NCBI GenBank assembly: GCA_963777955.1
Contig: CAVZSQ010000022.1
Location: forward strand, 800,001-864,000
Source: Calditrichia bacterium
GTDB lineage: Bacteria; Calditrichota; Calditrichia; JAJRVZ01
Length of the DNA: 64,000 bases
Reading direction: 5' to 3'
Part shown: positions 22,182-30,634 of the stretch, piece by piece
How positions within the stretch are numbered: position 1 is the stretch's first letter
Layout of the letters: each line of letters starts with the position of its first letter
Program-made: the position numbers and the translations under genes
The notes under the pieces: generated by a model
What the model saw: only the letters and a program-made list of their open reading frames with translations
What the model was told of the DNA's origin: nothing
The model's database searches: none

Positions 22182-23515
22182 ACAACCTCCTTTATGGTGT
22201 TCCATATTTGCGGTAACCAGTGCAGATGTTCCGGTTTCATCAGGCAGGAACGCAGGCAGGTTACCAGGCCCTGGTTCATCTGAACATCCGGCCAGTGTGC
22301 AGCGAGCAGTGCTGCCGGGAAATTAACCAGGGCTAGATGCAAATTTTTTTTCGCTGCTTTTTGAAAGCACAACCGCGAGCGCTCGGAAATTTCAGCTGCA
22401 GTGGCAGCCCGCGGAGCCCAGACTACTATATCCAGTTCCGGCTCGAACAGGGTTAAAAAACGACGGTCACTTTTCAGGAACTTGAATAATTTTAAGGCAG
22501 CTTCCCGTCCTTTGGCCAGATTGGCGGCAAATTCACCCCCCTTAACCAGCGGGAATAATCGCTGGGTGGCCCACAGAGCAACAGCCGCTGCCCCCGGCCG
22601 CGAACATTCCAGAGAGATTTCACCCAGATGCAGTTCAGCCGAGCTGAAATAGGTATAAGGTGAATCATGTTTATAAAATACCCCGACATCGGGATTTCTG
22701 AACAATACGCAACCGGCGCCATAAGGTTGCAGGCCATGTTTATGCGGATCGATGACCAGAGAATCGACCTGGTTCAATACATCAAAAATGGCCCGGGAAT
22801 CATTGCGCAGGTTTTCGACTAAACTAAAATAACCGCCATAAGCTGCGTCGGCATGCAGATTAAAATTATATTTCTTTTTGAGTTTCAGAATTTCCGGCAG
22901 CGGATCAAGCGAACCGGTAGCGGTGGTACCAATGGTGGCCACTACTGTGCCGATTTCTCCGCTTTTTAACAGTTTTTCCAGCTCGGGTAGATCCATTTTC
23001 ATCCGGGCATCACATGGCACCGGCTGGAATGGCAACTGCAGCACTTCACTGATCCGCTGATGGGTATAGTGTGCCTGTGTGGAGGCCGCGATCTTTTTGG
23101 CTGGATTAAGTTTTCCAGCAACCCATAATGCTTCCAGGTTGGCCATTGTACCGCCGCTACACAAGTGTCCCAGGTGCACGCTCCAACCAACCAGCCCGGC
23201 CAGACCGGCCACTGCTTCCCTTTCCATGGCTGAACTGGCCCGGCCGCCATCCAGGGCATGGTTATTGGGATTAATCCACATCGCCAGCATATAGGCCAAC
23301 CTGGCGATGGGGTGAGGCGGTTTCAGCATCTGGCCGGCATAGCAGGGATGATGATACGGAAAATTATCCTGCAGGCGTTCGGCAACTTCCATTAGAACGG
23401 CCAGCATGGCTTTCTGATCAAGTTCAGATTCCAGATCCGGTAAACCGCTGAAGCCCTGTTCCATTTTTTCCAGTGCCTTAATTAACAGCGGCATGCTTTC
23501 TTTTTCAAACTTCAT
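22178..23515 (-). CDS. Group II PLP-dependent amino-acid decarboxylase (MfnA/PanP-like)
   Basis: 'SGGTMANLEAL', 'HYTH', 'TIGTTATG..D', 'LHADAAYGG', PLP-lysine motif 'DPHKH'. Confidence 0.88.
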   Translation of the reverse strand: MKFEKESMPLLIKALEKMEQGFSGLPDLESELDQKAMLAVLMEVAERLQDNFPYHHPCYAGQMLKPPHPIARLAYMLAMWINPNNHALDGGRASSAMEREAVAGLAGLVGWSVHLGHLCSGGTMANLEALWVAGKLNPAKKIAASTQAHYTHQRISEVLQLPFQPVPCDARMKMDLPELEKLLKSGEIGTVVATIGTTATGSLDPLPEILKLKKKYNFNLHADAAYGGYFSLVENLRNDSRAIFDVLNQVDSLVIDPHKHGLQPYGAGCVLFRNPDVGVFYKHDSPYTYFSSAELHLGEISLECSRPGAAAVALWATQRLFPLVKGGEFAANLAKGREAALKLFKFLKSDRRFLTLFEPELDIVVWAPRAATAAEISERSRLCFQKAAKKNLHLALVNFPAALLAAHWPDVQMNQGLVTCLRSCLMKPEHLHWLPQIWNTIKEVV

Positions 23516-23660
23516 ATATACTCCCCGAAAATTTCAAATGCAGCTGAATTTAAATTGAAAAATAATTCAGTAATAATATTTTTAATACACGACCCTGATT
23601 TTTCTTTCATCGTCAGGCAAATTACATTAATATTAAATAGAAATAAATTATAAAGAGTAT

Positions 23661-24788
23661 ATGACAAACCTCCTGGAAAAAATAATCTCGCTCCATTCCC
23701 AGATTAATACTCCGGCTCTGGTCCTGGATCTGGAACGGATGCAGTTGAATATCCGCAGCATGCAGCAACTGGCTGATGCGCATAAAAAGCAACTGCGGCC
23801 GCATATTAAAACACACAAGTCGGTTTTGATTGCCAGGCAACAACTGAGTATGGGAGCAACAGGAATTACGGCAGCTAAAGTCGGTGAAGCGGAGGTCATG
23901 GCCGAAGGGCAGGTCGACGATATTTTTATCGCCAATCAGATTACCCATCCCCGCAAATTACGAAAACTGCGGCAGTTGCATGATGCTGTTGATCTGTCGG
24001 TAGGACTCGATCATCAGCAGCAGGTTGAGCTGTATGCGGCGCATTTTACCGATGCCGACCGTCCGCTGAAGGTGCTGATCGAGATAGATTGCGGCTTGCA
24101 CCGCTGCGGAGTCGGCCTCGGCGCTGACCTGGTCAATTTAGCCCGTTCTGTTCAGACCCGGCAGGGTCTATACCTGCAGGGTATCTTCACGCATGCCGGG
24201 CAGGTTTACGCGGCCACGAGCGGGGAAGAAATTGCGGCCATTGCGGAACAGGAAGGTAAATTAATGGAAGAGGCAGTTCAACTATTGCAGAAGAATCATA
24301 TCAGTATCAAGACGGTAAGTGTAGGTTCAACTCCCACCGCAGAACATGTCGCTAAGAATCCTGCCGTAACCGAAATACGTCCCGGAAATTATGTTTTTTA
24401 TGATGCTATTCAACTGGCCCTGGGTACCTGTCAACTGGATAATTGTGCTCTGTTCGTACTTTCAACCGTTATATCACAACCTGACTCGCAGCGGATTGTC
24501 ATTGATGCCGGCAGTAAAGCGCTGCATCTGGATCAGGGTGCTCATGCCACTAAAATATTAACTGGTTTTGGGATCCCGCTCAATCTGGATGGAACCATAA
24601 TCCGGGTCTCGGAGGAACATGGCATAATCCAATTGAAAAATCCGCAACAGATTACCCTGGGAAGTCCGGTGATCGTTTTACCCAATCATGCCTGCGCTGT
24701 GGTGAATCTGTATGATTATTATTATTTACTGGATGGGGAGGGTGGTTTTGAGTTAGTGAATATCGATGCCAGGGGCAAGAGTCAATAG
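23661..24788 (+). CDS. Fold-type III PLP enzyme, D-threonine aldolase / D-serine dehydratase (DSD1) family
   Basis: 'TPALVLD', 'LRPHIKTHK', 'EIDCGLHRCG', 'THAGQ', 'GSTPT', 'EIRPGNYVFYD', 'DAGSK', 'SEEHG', 'PNHAC'. Confidence 0.9.
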   Translation: MTNLLEKIISLHSQINTPALVLDLERMQLNIRSMQQLADAHKKQLRPHIKTHKSVLIARQQLSMGATGITAAKVGEAEVMAEGQVDDIFIANQITHPRKLRKLRQLHDAVDLSVGLDHQQQVELYAAHFTDADRPLKVLIEIDCGLHRCGVGLGADLVNLARSVQTRQGLYLQGIFTHAGQVYAATSGEEIAAIAEQEGKLMEEAVQLLQKNHISIKTVSVGSTPTAEHVAKNPAVTEIRPGNYVFYDAIQLALGTCQLDNCALFVLSTVISQPDSQRIVIDAGSKALHLDQGAHATKILTGFGIPLNLDGTIIRVSEEHGIIQLKNPQQITLGSPVIVLPNHACAVVNLYDYYYLLDGEGGFELVNIDARGKSQ

Positions 24789-24791
24789 CAG

Positions 24792-24861
24792 AGGGACAAA
24801 GAGACAAAGGGACAGAGAGACAAAGGAAGGCACTTAGGTACTAGGGTACTCAGGCACTGAG
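24792..24861 (+). repeat. Octamer tandem repeats: 4x AG(A/G)GACA(A/G), then 4x GG(C/T)ACTNN
   Basis: agggacaa agagacaa agggacag agagacaa, then ggcactta ggtactag ggtactca ggcactga. Confidence 0.85.
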
Positions 24862-24944
24862 TAAAAAGTGGGTTACTTTAGTAGGAAAAGGTTGTGATCT
24901 ATCCCTACTGTAGCGGCAGATGGGAAAATAATTTTTATTAAAAT

Positions 24945-24973
24945 GGAACTTTTTTTAAAAAAGGATGGTATTA
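24945..24973 (+). promoter_or_regulatory. Putative ECF-sigma promoter
   Basis: GGAACT-N17-GTATTA, resembling the sigmaE-type GGAACT -35 element. Confidence 0.4.
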
Positions 24974-24979
24974 TTGATT

Positions 24980-25061
24980 GTAGTAGCCTCCATACTTGAT
25001 AAAGGGCAAAGGTAGCCTCTATAACCCTCCCAATTAAAACATTTACCTTTGCCCTTTTTTT
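24980..25061 (+). ncRNA. Candidate small RNA ending in an intrinsic terminator with a C-rich loop
   Basis: 14-bp perfect stem AAAGGGCAAAGGTA (25001-25014) / TACCTTTGCCCTTT (25044-25057) plus T-run; 29-nt loop containing CCCTCCC; GTAGCCTC occurs twice. Confidence 0.45.
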
Positions 25062-25206
25062 ATGCCTGAGTTAAATGAATTTAAAGTAGAAAGTTTATAA
25101 GCAGAAATTTCTCCGGTAGCGAAATAATATATTGTATCTCCGAGTTCGTATTATTAGTTTAGCGATACTCAAAAATTGCCTTTTTAATATCTGTTGAAGG
25201 ATTAAC

Positions 25207-25824
25207 GTGAATAAAATTATTGAGATTGATCCTGATCATCCCGGTTTACGGCTGGTAAAAAGTGCCGTGGATATTTTAAAGGATGGAGGAGTAATTTCAT
25301 ATCCAACCGATACGATTTATGGTTTGGGGGCAAATATTGAAATAAAGTCGGCGGTGGCACGAATCTATAAGATAAAAAAGATTTCCAATTATAAATTGTT
25401 GAGTTTCATCTGCCTGGATATAAAAGATATATCCAACTATGCCTATATTTCCAATCCGAGTTATAAGATCATGAAAAGGTGTTTGCCCGGACCCTTCACC
25501 TTCATCTTGCCGGCAACCAGCAGAACTCCCAAGTTACTGAACCAGAAACGCGGCACCGTGGGTATCCGTATTCCTAAAAACGAATTATGTCATCAACTGG
25601 TCAGGCTGCTGGGCAGGCCGATCATCAGTACCAGTGTTCCGGCCGGAGCAGATGAGGTGCTGAATGATCCTCTGGAAATCGAACGGCGTATCGGGGACCA
25701 GCTGGACCTGATACTGGACGGCGGACTGATCATTTCCCAGCCTTCCACGATTGTCGATCTGACGGGCCAGGAACCGGTTATTGCCAGGAAGGGTAAAGGG
25801 GATGTGGATTTGGTCTTTATGTAA
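25207..25824 (+). CDS. Sua5/YciO/YrdC family protein (threonylcarbamoyl-AMP synthase-like)
   Basis: 'YPTDTIYGLG', 'LPGPFTFIL', 'VGIRIP', 'PIISTS', 'PSTIVDLT', 'RKGKG'. Confidence 0.9.
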   Translation: MNKIIEIDPDHPGLRLVKSAVDILKDGGVISYPTDTIYGLGANIEIKSAVARIYKIKKISNYKLLSFICLDIKDISNYAYISNPSYKIMKRCLPGPFTFILPATSRTPKLLNQKRGTVGIRIPKNELCHQLVRLLGRPIISTSVPAGADEVLNDPLEIERRIGDQLDLILDGGLIISQPSTIVDLTGQEPVIARKGKGDVDLVFM

Positions 25825-25838
25825 ATGATATAAGAGCA

Positions 25839-25959
25839 GCACAAAGAGACAAGAGACAGAGAAACAAAGAGACAAAGAGACAAGGCAAATATTAAAATTA
25901 CCATTAATTAGTATTCCTTGCCACTTTGTCTCTCTGTCTCTCTGTTCCTTTTGTCTCTT
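25839..25959. repeat. Inverted pair of octamer tandem arrays (GAGACAAA)n ... (TTTGTCTC)n
   Basis: Forward arm ~25839-25885, AT-rich spacer, complementary arm ~25917-25959. Confidence 0.85.
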
Positions 25960-25991
25960 ACTTCTAATAATCCCAAATCCAGAATAGCATT

Positions 25992-26864
25992 ATGTCACAG
26001 ATCTACATCGGAACCTGCAGCTGGAAATACGACTCCTGGCGCGGACTGGTTTATTCCGATTCAACCAACCTGAATTACCTGGCCGAATATAGCCGTAGGT
26101 ACAACACTGTCGAAATCGATCAATGGTTCTGGTCCCTTTTTCCCGGAGGGAAATTAGTATTACCGAAACCGGCGGTGGTCCAGGAGTATGCGCAAGCTGT
26201 TCCCCGGGATTTTAAATTTACTGTTAAATTACCCAATAGCCTTGCTTTAACCCATTATTACCGCAAAGATAAAACGAAAGGATTGCAAGTTAATCCATTT
26301 TTTCTTTCAACCGATTTGTACAACCGCTTTATAGAGATCATGACTCCGCTGCACCAGCATATCGGTGTGCTGATGATGCAATTCGAATATTTAAATAAAC
26401 AGAAAATGCCGTCACAGCAGGAGTTTCTTGGTAAACTGGAACAGTTCGTCAGACAGATCGACCGCCGCAGGATTGCCCTGGCCATAGAAATACGTAATCC
26501 TAATTATTTAAATGACACTTATTTTAAATTTCTTAAAATATTAAAACTGAGTCATGTGTTTTTACAGGGTTATTATATGCCTGCGCTGTCTGACATATAC
26601 AGTCAATTTGCGGAGAAATTGATCTCACCGGTAATCATTCGATTGCATGGTCCCGACCGGAACAGTATCGAAGAAAAAAGCAGTGGGAGCTGGGACAAGA
26701 TTATCGAACCGCGCAATAAGGAAATATCACGGATTACGGAGATTATCGCTGATCTGAATGCACGGAAACTGGACGTATATGTAAATGTCAATAATCATTA
26801 CGAAGGTTCCGCGCCATTGACGATTGAGAAGATCCGCCAAAAAATTGCTGCAGCAGAGAAATGA
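25992..26864 (+). CDS. DUF72 (YecE-like) TIM-barrel protein
   Basis: 'IYIGTCSWKYDSW.G.VY', 'LAEYSRRYNTVEID', 'FKFTVK', 'IEIRN', 'RLHG', 'NNHYEG.AP'. Confidence 0.9.
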   Translation: MSQIYIGTCSWKYDSWRGLVYSDSTNLNYLAEYSRRYNTVEIDQWFWSLFPGGKLVLPKPAVVQEYAQAVPRDFKFTVKLPNSLALTHYYRKDKTKGLQVNPFFLSTDLYNRFIEIMTPLHQHIGVLMMQFEYLNKQKMPSQQEFLGKLEQFVRQIDRRRIALAIEIRNPNYLNDTYFKFLKILKLSHVFLQGYYMPALSDIYSQFAEKLISPVIIRLHGPDRNSIEEKSSGSWDKIIEPRNKEISRITEIIADLNARKLDVYVNVNNHYEGSAPLTIEKIRQKIAAAEK

Positions 26865-27814
26865 AAACGATAATTTCCGCCTCGCGGCGGACGGATATTC
26901 CGGCATTTTATCTGGACTGGTTTAGCCAGGCGATCCGTGCCGGTAAAGTGCAGGTGCAGAACCCGCTGTATAAAGAACACCGGTATGAAGTCAACTTACT
27001 TCCCGGGCAGGTCGAATGGATCGTGTTCTGGTCCCGCAATTATCAGCGATTTTTAAAACGACGGGAAATTTTTGCCGATTACAATTTATTTTTTCATTTT
27101 ACCATTTTATCCCACCAGCGCCAGCTGGAGAAAACACAGCTTCCGCTGACCCGGGCAATCAACCAGGTTGAAAAATTAGCTGGTTATTACGGTCCACAGC
27201 GAATTATCTGGCGGTATGATCCTATTGTAATCTGGCAGGGGTCTTCCGGCATACATAGTAATTATTCGCCTGGTGAATTTGATAATCTGTGCCGCCGGAT
27301 GAGCGCTCTGGATATACGCAGATGCTATTTCAGTTTTGTGACACCCTACCGGAAATTCTTACAACGTTTTAAACAAAGATTTCCGGATCAACAACTGGTT
27401 GGTTATGAGCAATCTCCGGCTGTCAGGCAGCGTATACTGTCCGGCTTAATAGAAACGACGGCTAAATATCAGGTTGAATTGTATAGTTGCTGCGATGATA
27501 ATCTGGTTAACTCGTCCATAAAAAAGGGGCATTGCATCTCGGGAGAATTGCTGAACAGTTTGAATGGCAAAGCCCCGGTGAGCAGGGCAAAAGCACCTAC
27601 CCGCAGGGACTGCGGTTGTAGCAAATCAATCGATATTGGTGATTATATTCAGCAGCCGTGTTTTACAGGATGTATATACTGTTATGGTAATCCGGTTAAA
27701 CAAAGGGACAAAGAGACAAAGGGACAGAGAGACAAAGTAAAAGAAATCTTTGAGTCGCTATCTATAATTTTTTCCCTATGTCTCTTTGTCCCTTTGTCTC
27801 TTTGTCCCTTTTAA
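26861..27814 (+). CDS. DUF1848 family protein (radical-SAM/SplB-related)
   Basis: 'IISASRRTDIPAFY', 'VFWSRN', 'WRYDPI', 'R.DCGCSKSIDIG.Y', C-terminal 'CFTGCIYCY' CxxxCxxC. The last ~37 codons run through a repeat. Confidence 0.9.
   Translation: MKTIISASRRTDIPAFYLDWFSQAIRAGKVQVQNPLYKEHRYEVNLLPGQVEWIVFWSRNYQRFLKRREIFADYNLFFHFTILSHQRQLEKTQLPLTRAINQVEKLAGYYGPQRIIWRYDPIVIWQGSSGIHSNYSPGEFDNLCRRMSALDIRRCYFSFVTPYRKFLQRFKQRFPDQQLVGYEQSPAVRQRILSGLIETTAKYQVELYSCCDDNLVNSSIKKGHCISGELLNSLNGKAPVSRAKAPTRRDCGCSKSIDIGDYIQQPCFTGCIYCYGNPVKQRDKETKGQRDKVKEIFESLSIIFSLCLFVPLSLCPF
27700..27811. repeat. Inverted pair of octamer tandem arrays at the 3' end of the DUF1848 gene
   Basis: caaagggacaaagagacaaagggacagagagacaaag (27701-27737) and ctatgtctctttgtccctttgtctctttgtcccttt (~27776-27811). 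Confidence 0.85.
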
Positions 27815-28395
27815 ATATCCAGATATCCCACCAGATCTTCGCGTTTACCCAGATGTACCAGCAGATCATCGTTATGCATCTGCTGGACTTTTTGTTTGGC
27901 GACCTGGACAGGATAGGTGTAACGGTAACAAAAATGCCAGATGTCTATAGATCCCAGTGCAATTTCGTACAGCAATGCTTCTTCAAAAGTGAATTTTGTG
28001 TCGTTGTTTAATTTTTCTTTGATCCGGCCGAAGGTTTCCTGTCCTTTTGGTTTGATATGCCTGACCGAGAACCAGAAATTTTCCTGTTTCATCAAATCAC
28101 AGATAGGAAATCCATTTTTATTGGGCAGGAAATGATGCAGAAAATCAATACTGACCCGGTAGGTGTTATCCTGATCCTGCCAAAGATCGGCCCAGACGGT
28201 ATAATCCATTTCCCTCAACCATTCGAAAAACTTTATTTCACTGTCCGGCAGGAGCATCATGGTATGACCATGAAAATGATTTTCGAGTAAGTGCACATTC
28301 TGCTCATTCAATTGATCCAGTTCTTCCCGGCTGAATTGCAGATATCCGGCGGTATTGAATTGTATTTCTTTTTCTTTAATCAATTCGGCTAACAT
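27811..28395 (-). CDS. Hypothetical protein
   Basis: 194-aa ORF with protein-like composition directly after ftcd; motifs 'FFEWL', 'GFPICDL', 'DIWHFCY'. Confidence 0.75.
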   Translation of the reverse strand: MLAELIKEKEIQFNTAGYLQFSREELDQLNEQNVHLLENHFHGHTMMLLPDSEIKFFEWLREMDYTVWADLWQDQDNTYRVSIDFLHHFLPNKNGFPICDLMKQENFWFSVRHIKPKGQETFGRIKEKLNNDTKFTFEEALLYEIALGSIDIWHFCYRYTYPVQVAKQKVQQMHNDDLLVHLGKREDLVGYLDI

Positions 28396-28419
28396 GTAAA
28401 ACCTGTCATATCTGCTGAT

Positions 28420-30294
28420 CTATTCTTTGGAATCCTGATCTTGTGCAGCACTGCTGGCCCGGTTATGAATTTTTTCCTCTACCAGGGCTGTGATCTGGTT
28501 CAATTTTTTTTGAGCATCCGTTTCCAGTTTCCGGCAGGTGGCGATCATGTTCTGGTTATACTTCTGATCGGCGAGTTGCTGCAGATTGATCAGTACATTC
28601 AGGACAGCTCCCTTTACTCCGGCAAAAGCAAGATAGGCGCTGACCCCTGCATCGCTGACTGAGGCCGGATTACCTTTATCTGCCGCCAGATAGGCTAATT
28701 CAAGTGCTTCAAAGCAGTTGTGGGCTGTGGTCAACGGAACAGTAACGGCCTGTTTCAAGCCCTCCTGCATGGCCTGTTCCTTTTTCTGTTCATCCGCGGC
28801 ATTACGGGCAGGCAATTTGCTTGCCGCCAGGTAAGCATTGAAGGCATTGGTATCCTCATCTATGGCTTTGAGCAGCATATCTTTTAGTTCCTGGGCGCGT
28901 TCGGCGACCGGCCGAAGATCTTCTTCCACTGCTTCGCTGCCGCGTTTACCGATGGCCAGATTGGCCACCATAGAACTAAGGGCCGCAGCCAGGGCTCCGG
29001 CCAGAGCCGAAATGGATCCGCCTCCCGGTGCAGGGGATTCGCGTGATACCTCATCGGCAAAATCACAGAGTTTTAATTGCACCAGTTCAGCGGCGCTGTG
29101 CCGGGGCAGACCCAGCACACGCTTCTCAATGTTGAATTCAGTTTGATCCCGCAGTCCTAATGATTGAACGGCAATTTCCAGGATATCTCCTTGCGGAATG
29201 CCCGGGGAGCGTCCCTGTTTTCTTAAGTAGTACTTTCCGCTTTCCAGCAGGGCATCAAAAGGAACCATGCCCACCACTTCGCTGCCGGTCACCACCAGGC
29301 CGCGTTCAGCAGCCAGGCGGCGTGTCTCTTCCAGCACAGCATGCATAGGAGTTACTTTATAATCGGTCAGATTGATGGAGATCTGGGCTCGTTTGAATTG
29401 CGGCACCAGCCAGCCGATGGCTTTACACTGTTTGAATTTCCCGGGTTTTTTGACTGATTGTCCTTCCGGCTTCAGCTGATCAATTCCATTCAATTGCAGC
29501 AGCTCGCCCAGGTCGTAGTTGTGCAAATCGCTGCAGTGTTTGACCAGCTCCGGCATGGTTTTGGCATTAAAGTCACAGTTACCGCAGGGATAGGCGCTGG
29601 ATTTATATTTTAAAACTTCCTGACCTTTAAAATAGAAAGGTACGATATTTCCCCGGCGAACCGAACGTCCTTTTTCTCTCAACTCGAAGGCAAGGTCCGT
29701 GGCATATTTTACTTCACTGGTATTGAGATTGATGTTGTAGGCGATCAGGAATTCGCGTACGCCGATTGCCGTCGCACCGCTGCGGGAATTAAATTTGGCC
29801 GGACCGAAATCGGGTTTCCATTCCGCCTTTTTCAGTTTTTCAGGCAAGGCTTCGTATTCCCCCGCGCGGATATGGGCCAGATTACGGCGCTGATCTGTTC
29901 GCGCCGATTTTTCATATAGATAAACCGGGATATTCAATTCCTCTCCGACCCGGCGGGCGACTGCTTCACTCAGTTGAATACATTCCTCAGTGGAGATTCC
30001 GCTGACCGGAACAAACGGGCAGACATCGGTTGCACCCATACGGGGATGGGCGCCCTGGTGCCTGGCCATATCGATCAGTTCCGCTGCTTTTTTTATAACG
30101 TTGAAGGCAGCGGTTTGAACAGCGGCGGGAGTGCCGATGAAGGTGACCACGGTCCGGTTCATATCATACCCCGGATCGACATCCAGCAATTCAACTCCTT
30201 CTACTTTCTTGATCTCAGAAGTAATCTGATCGATGATGTTTTTATCCCGTCCCTCGGAAAAATTCGGTACGCATTCGATGATTTTTTCGGGCAT
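28420..30294 (-). CDS. ftcd: Bifunctional glutamate formimidoyltransferase / formiminotetrahydrofolate cyclodeaminase, with internal C2H2-type insertion
   Basis: 'IIECVPNFSEGRD', 'NRTVVTF', 'HQGAHPRMGATDVCPFVP', 'LIAYNINL', cyclodeaminase 'SPAPGGGSISALAGAL', 'GNPASVSDAGV'. Confidence 0.95.
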   Translation of the reverse strand: MPEKIIECVPNFSEGRDKNIIDQITSEIKKVEGVELLDVDPGYDMNRTVVTFIGTPAAVQTAAFNVIKKAAELIDMARHQGAHPRMGATDVCPFVPVSGISTEECIQLSEAVARRVGEELNIPVYLYEKSARTDQRRNLAHIRAGEYEALPEKLKKAEWKPDFGPAKFNSRSGATAIGVREFLIAYNINLNTSEVKYATDLAFELREKGRSVRRGNIVPFYFKGQEVLKYKSSAYPCGNCDFNAKTMPELVKHCSDLHNYDLGELLQLNGIDQLKPEGQSVKKPGKFKQCKAIGWLVPQFKRAQISINLTDYKVTPMHAVLEETRRLAAERGLVVTGSEVVGMVPFDALLESGKYYLRKQGRSPGIPQGDILEIAVQSLGLRDQTEFNIEKRVLGLPRHSAAELVQLKLCDFADEVSRESPAPGGGSISALAGALAAALSSMVANLAIGKRGSEAVEEDLRPVAERAQELKDMLLKAIDEDTNAFNAYLAASKLPARNAADEQKKEQAMQEGLKQAVTVPLTTAHNCFEALELAYLAADKGNPASVSDAGVSAYLAFAGVKGAVLNVLINLQQLADQKYNQNMIATCRKLETDAQKKLNQITALVEEKIHNRASSAAQDQDSKE

Positions 30295-30390
30295 GCCAGA
30301 CCTCAAGTTTGGTAAATCTGGTTTTAAAATAATTAATTCGGAGATAAATCTAAAGGAATTTTTAGAGAGGTCTTGATTAGTGAAGTATTT

Positions 30391-30576
30391 AACCCTTTCA
30401 GGGTAAATCTGGATCAGCTGAGATTCGTTCGGTCAGGGCGTTGCCCTGGCGTGTGATATTCAATCCTTACAGGATAAATTACGGGAAATTATGAGAATCC
30501 CGCAGGGATTCCATAAATCGGCCAGGAGCAACGCTCCTGGTAAATAAATCAAAATATTCGTATACCCCGAAGGGGT
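30391..30576. repeat. REP/REPIN-like cluster of six short palindromes in two inverted triplets
   Basis: ACCCTTTCAGGGT, CAGGGCGTTGCCCTG, ATCCTTACAGGAT, then AATCCCGCAGGGATT, CCAGGAGCAACGCTCCTGG, ACCCCGAAGGGGT. Confidence 0.75.
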
Positions 30577-30634
30577 TTCATAAAAAAGCAAGGGTCAATA
30601 GTAAATCAGGATGAATATAAAAGTAGAAACCGGA

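Noticed and set aside
24792..27811. Repeat arrays as a CRISPR locus
   Set aside because: Units are 7-8-nt tandem repeats with no unique spacers, and no cas genes are present.
27700..27814. Repeat-encoded C-terminal tail of DUF1848 as a functional domain
   Set aside because: The family normally ends soon after CxYCY; 'ccggttaaa' could be CCG GTT TAA with one T lost, so the tail may be an artefact or neutral read-through.
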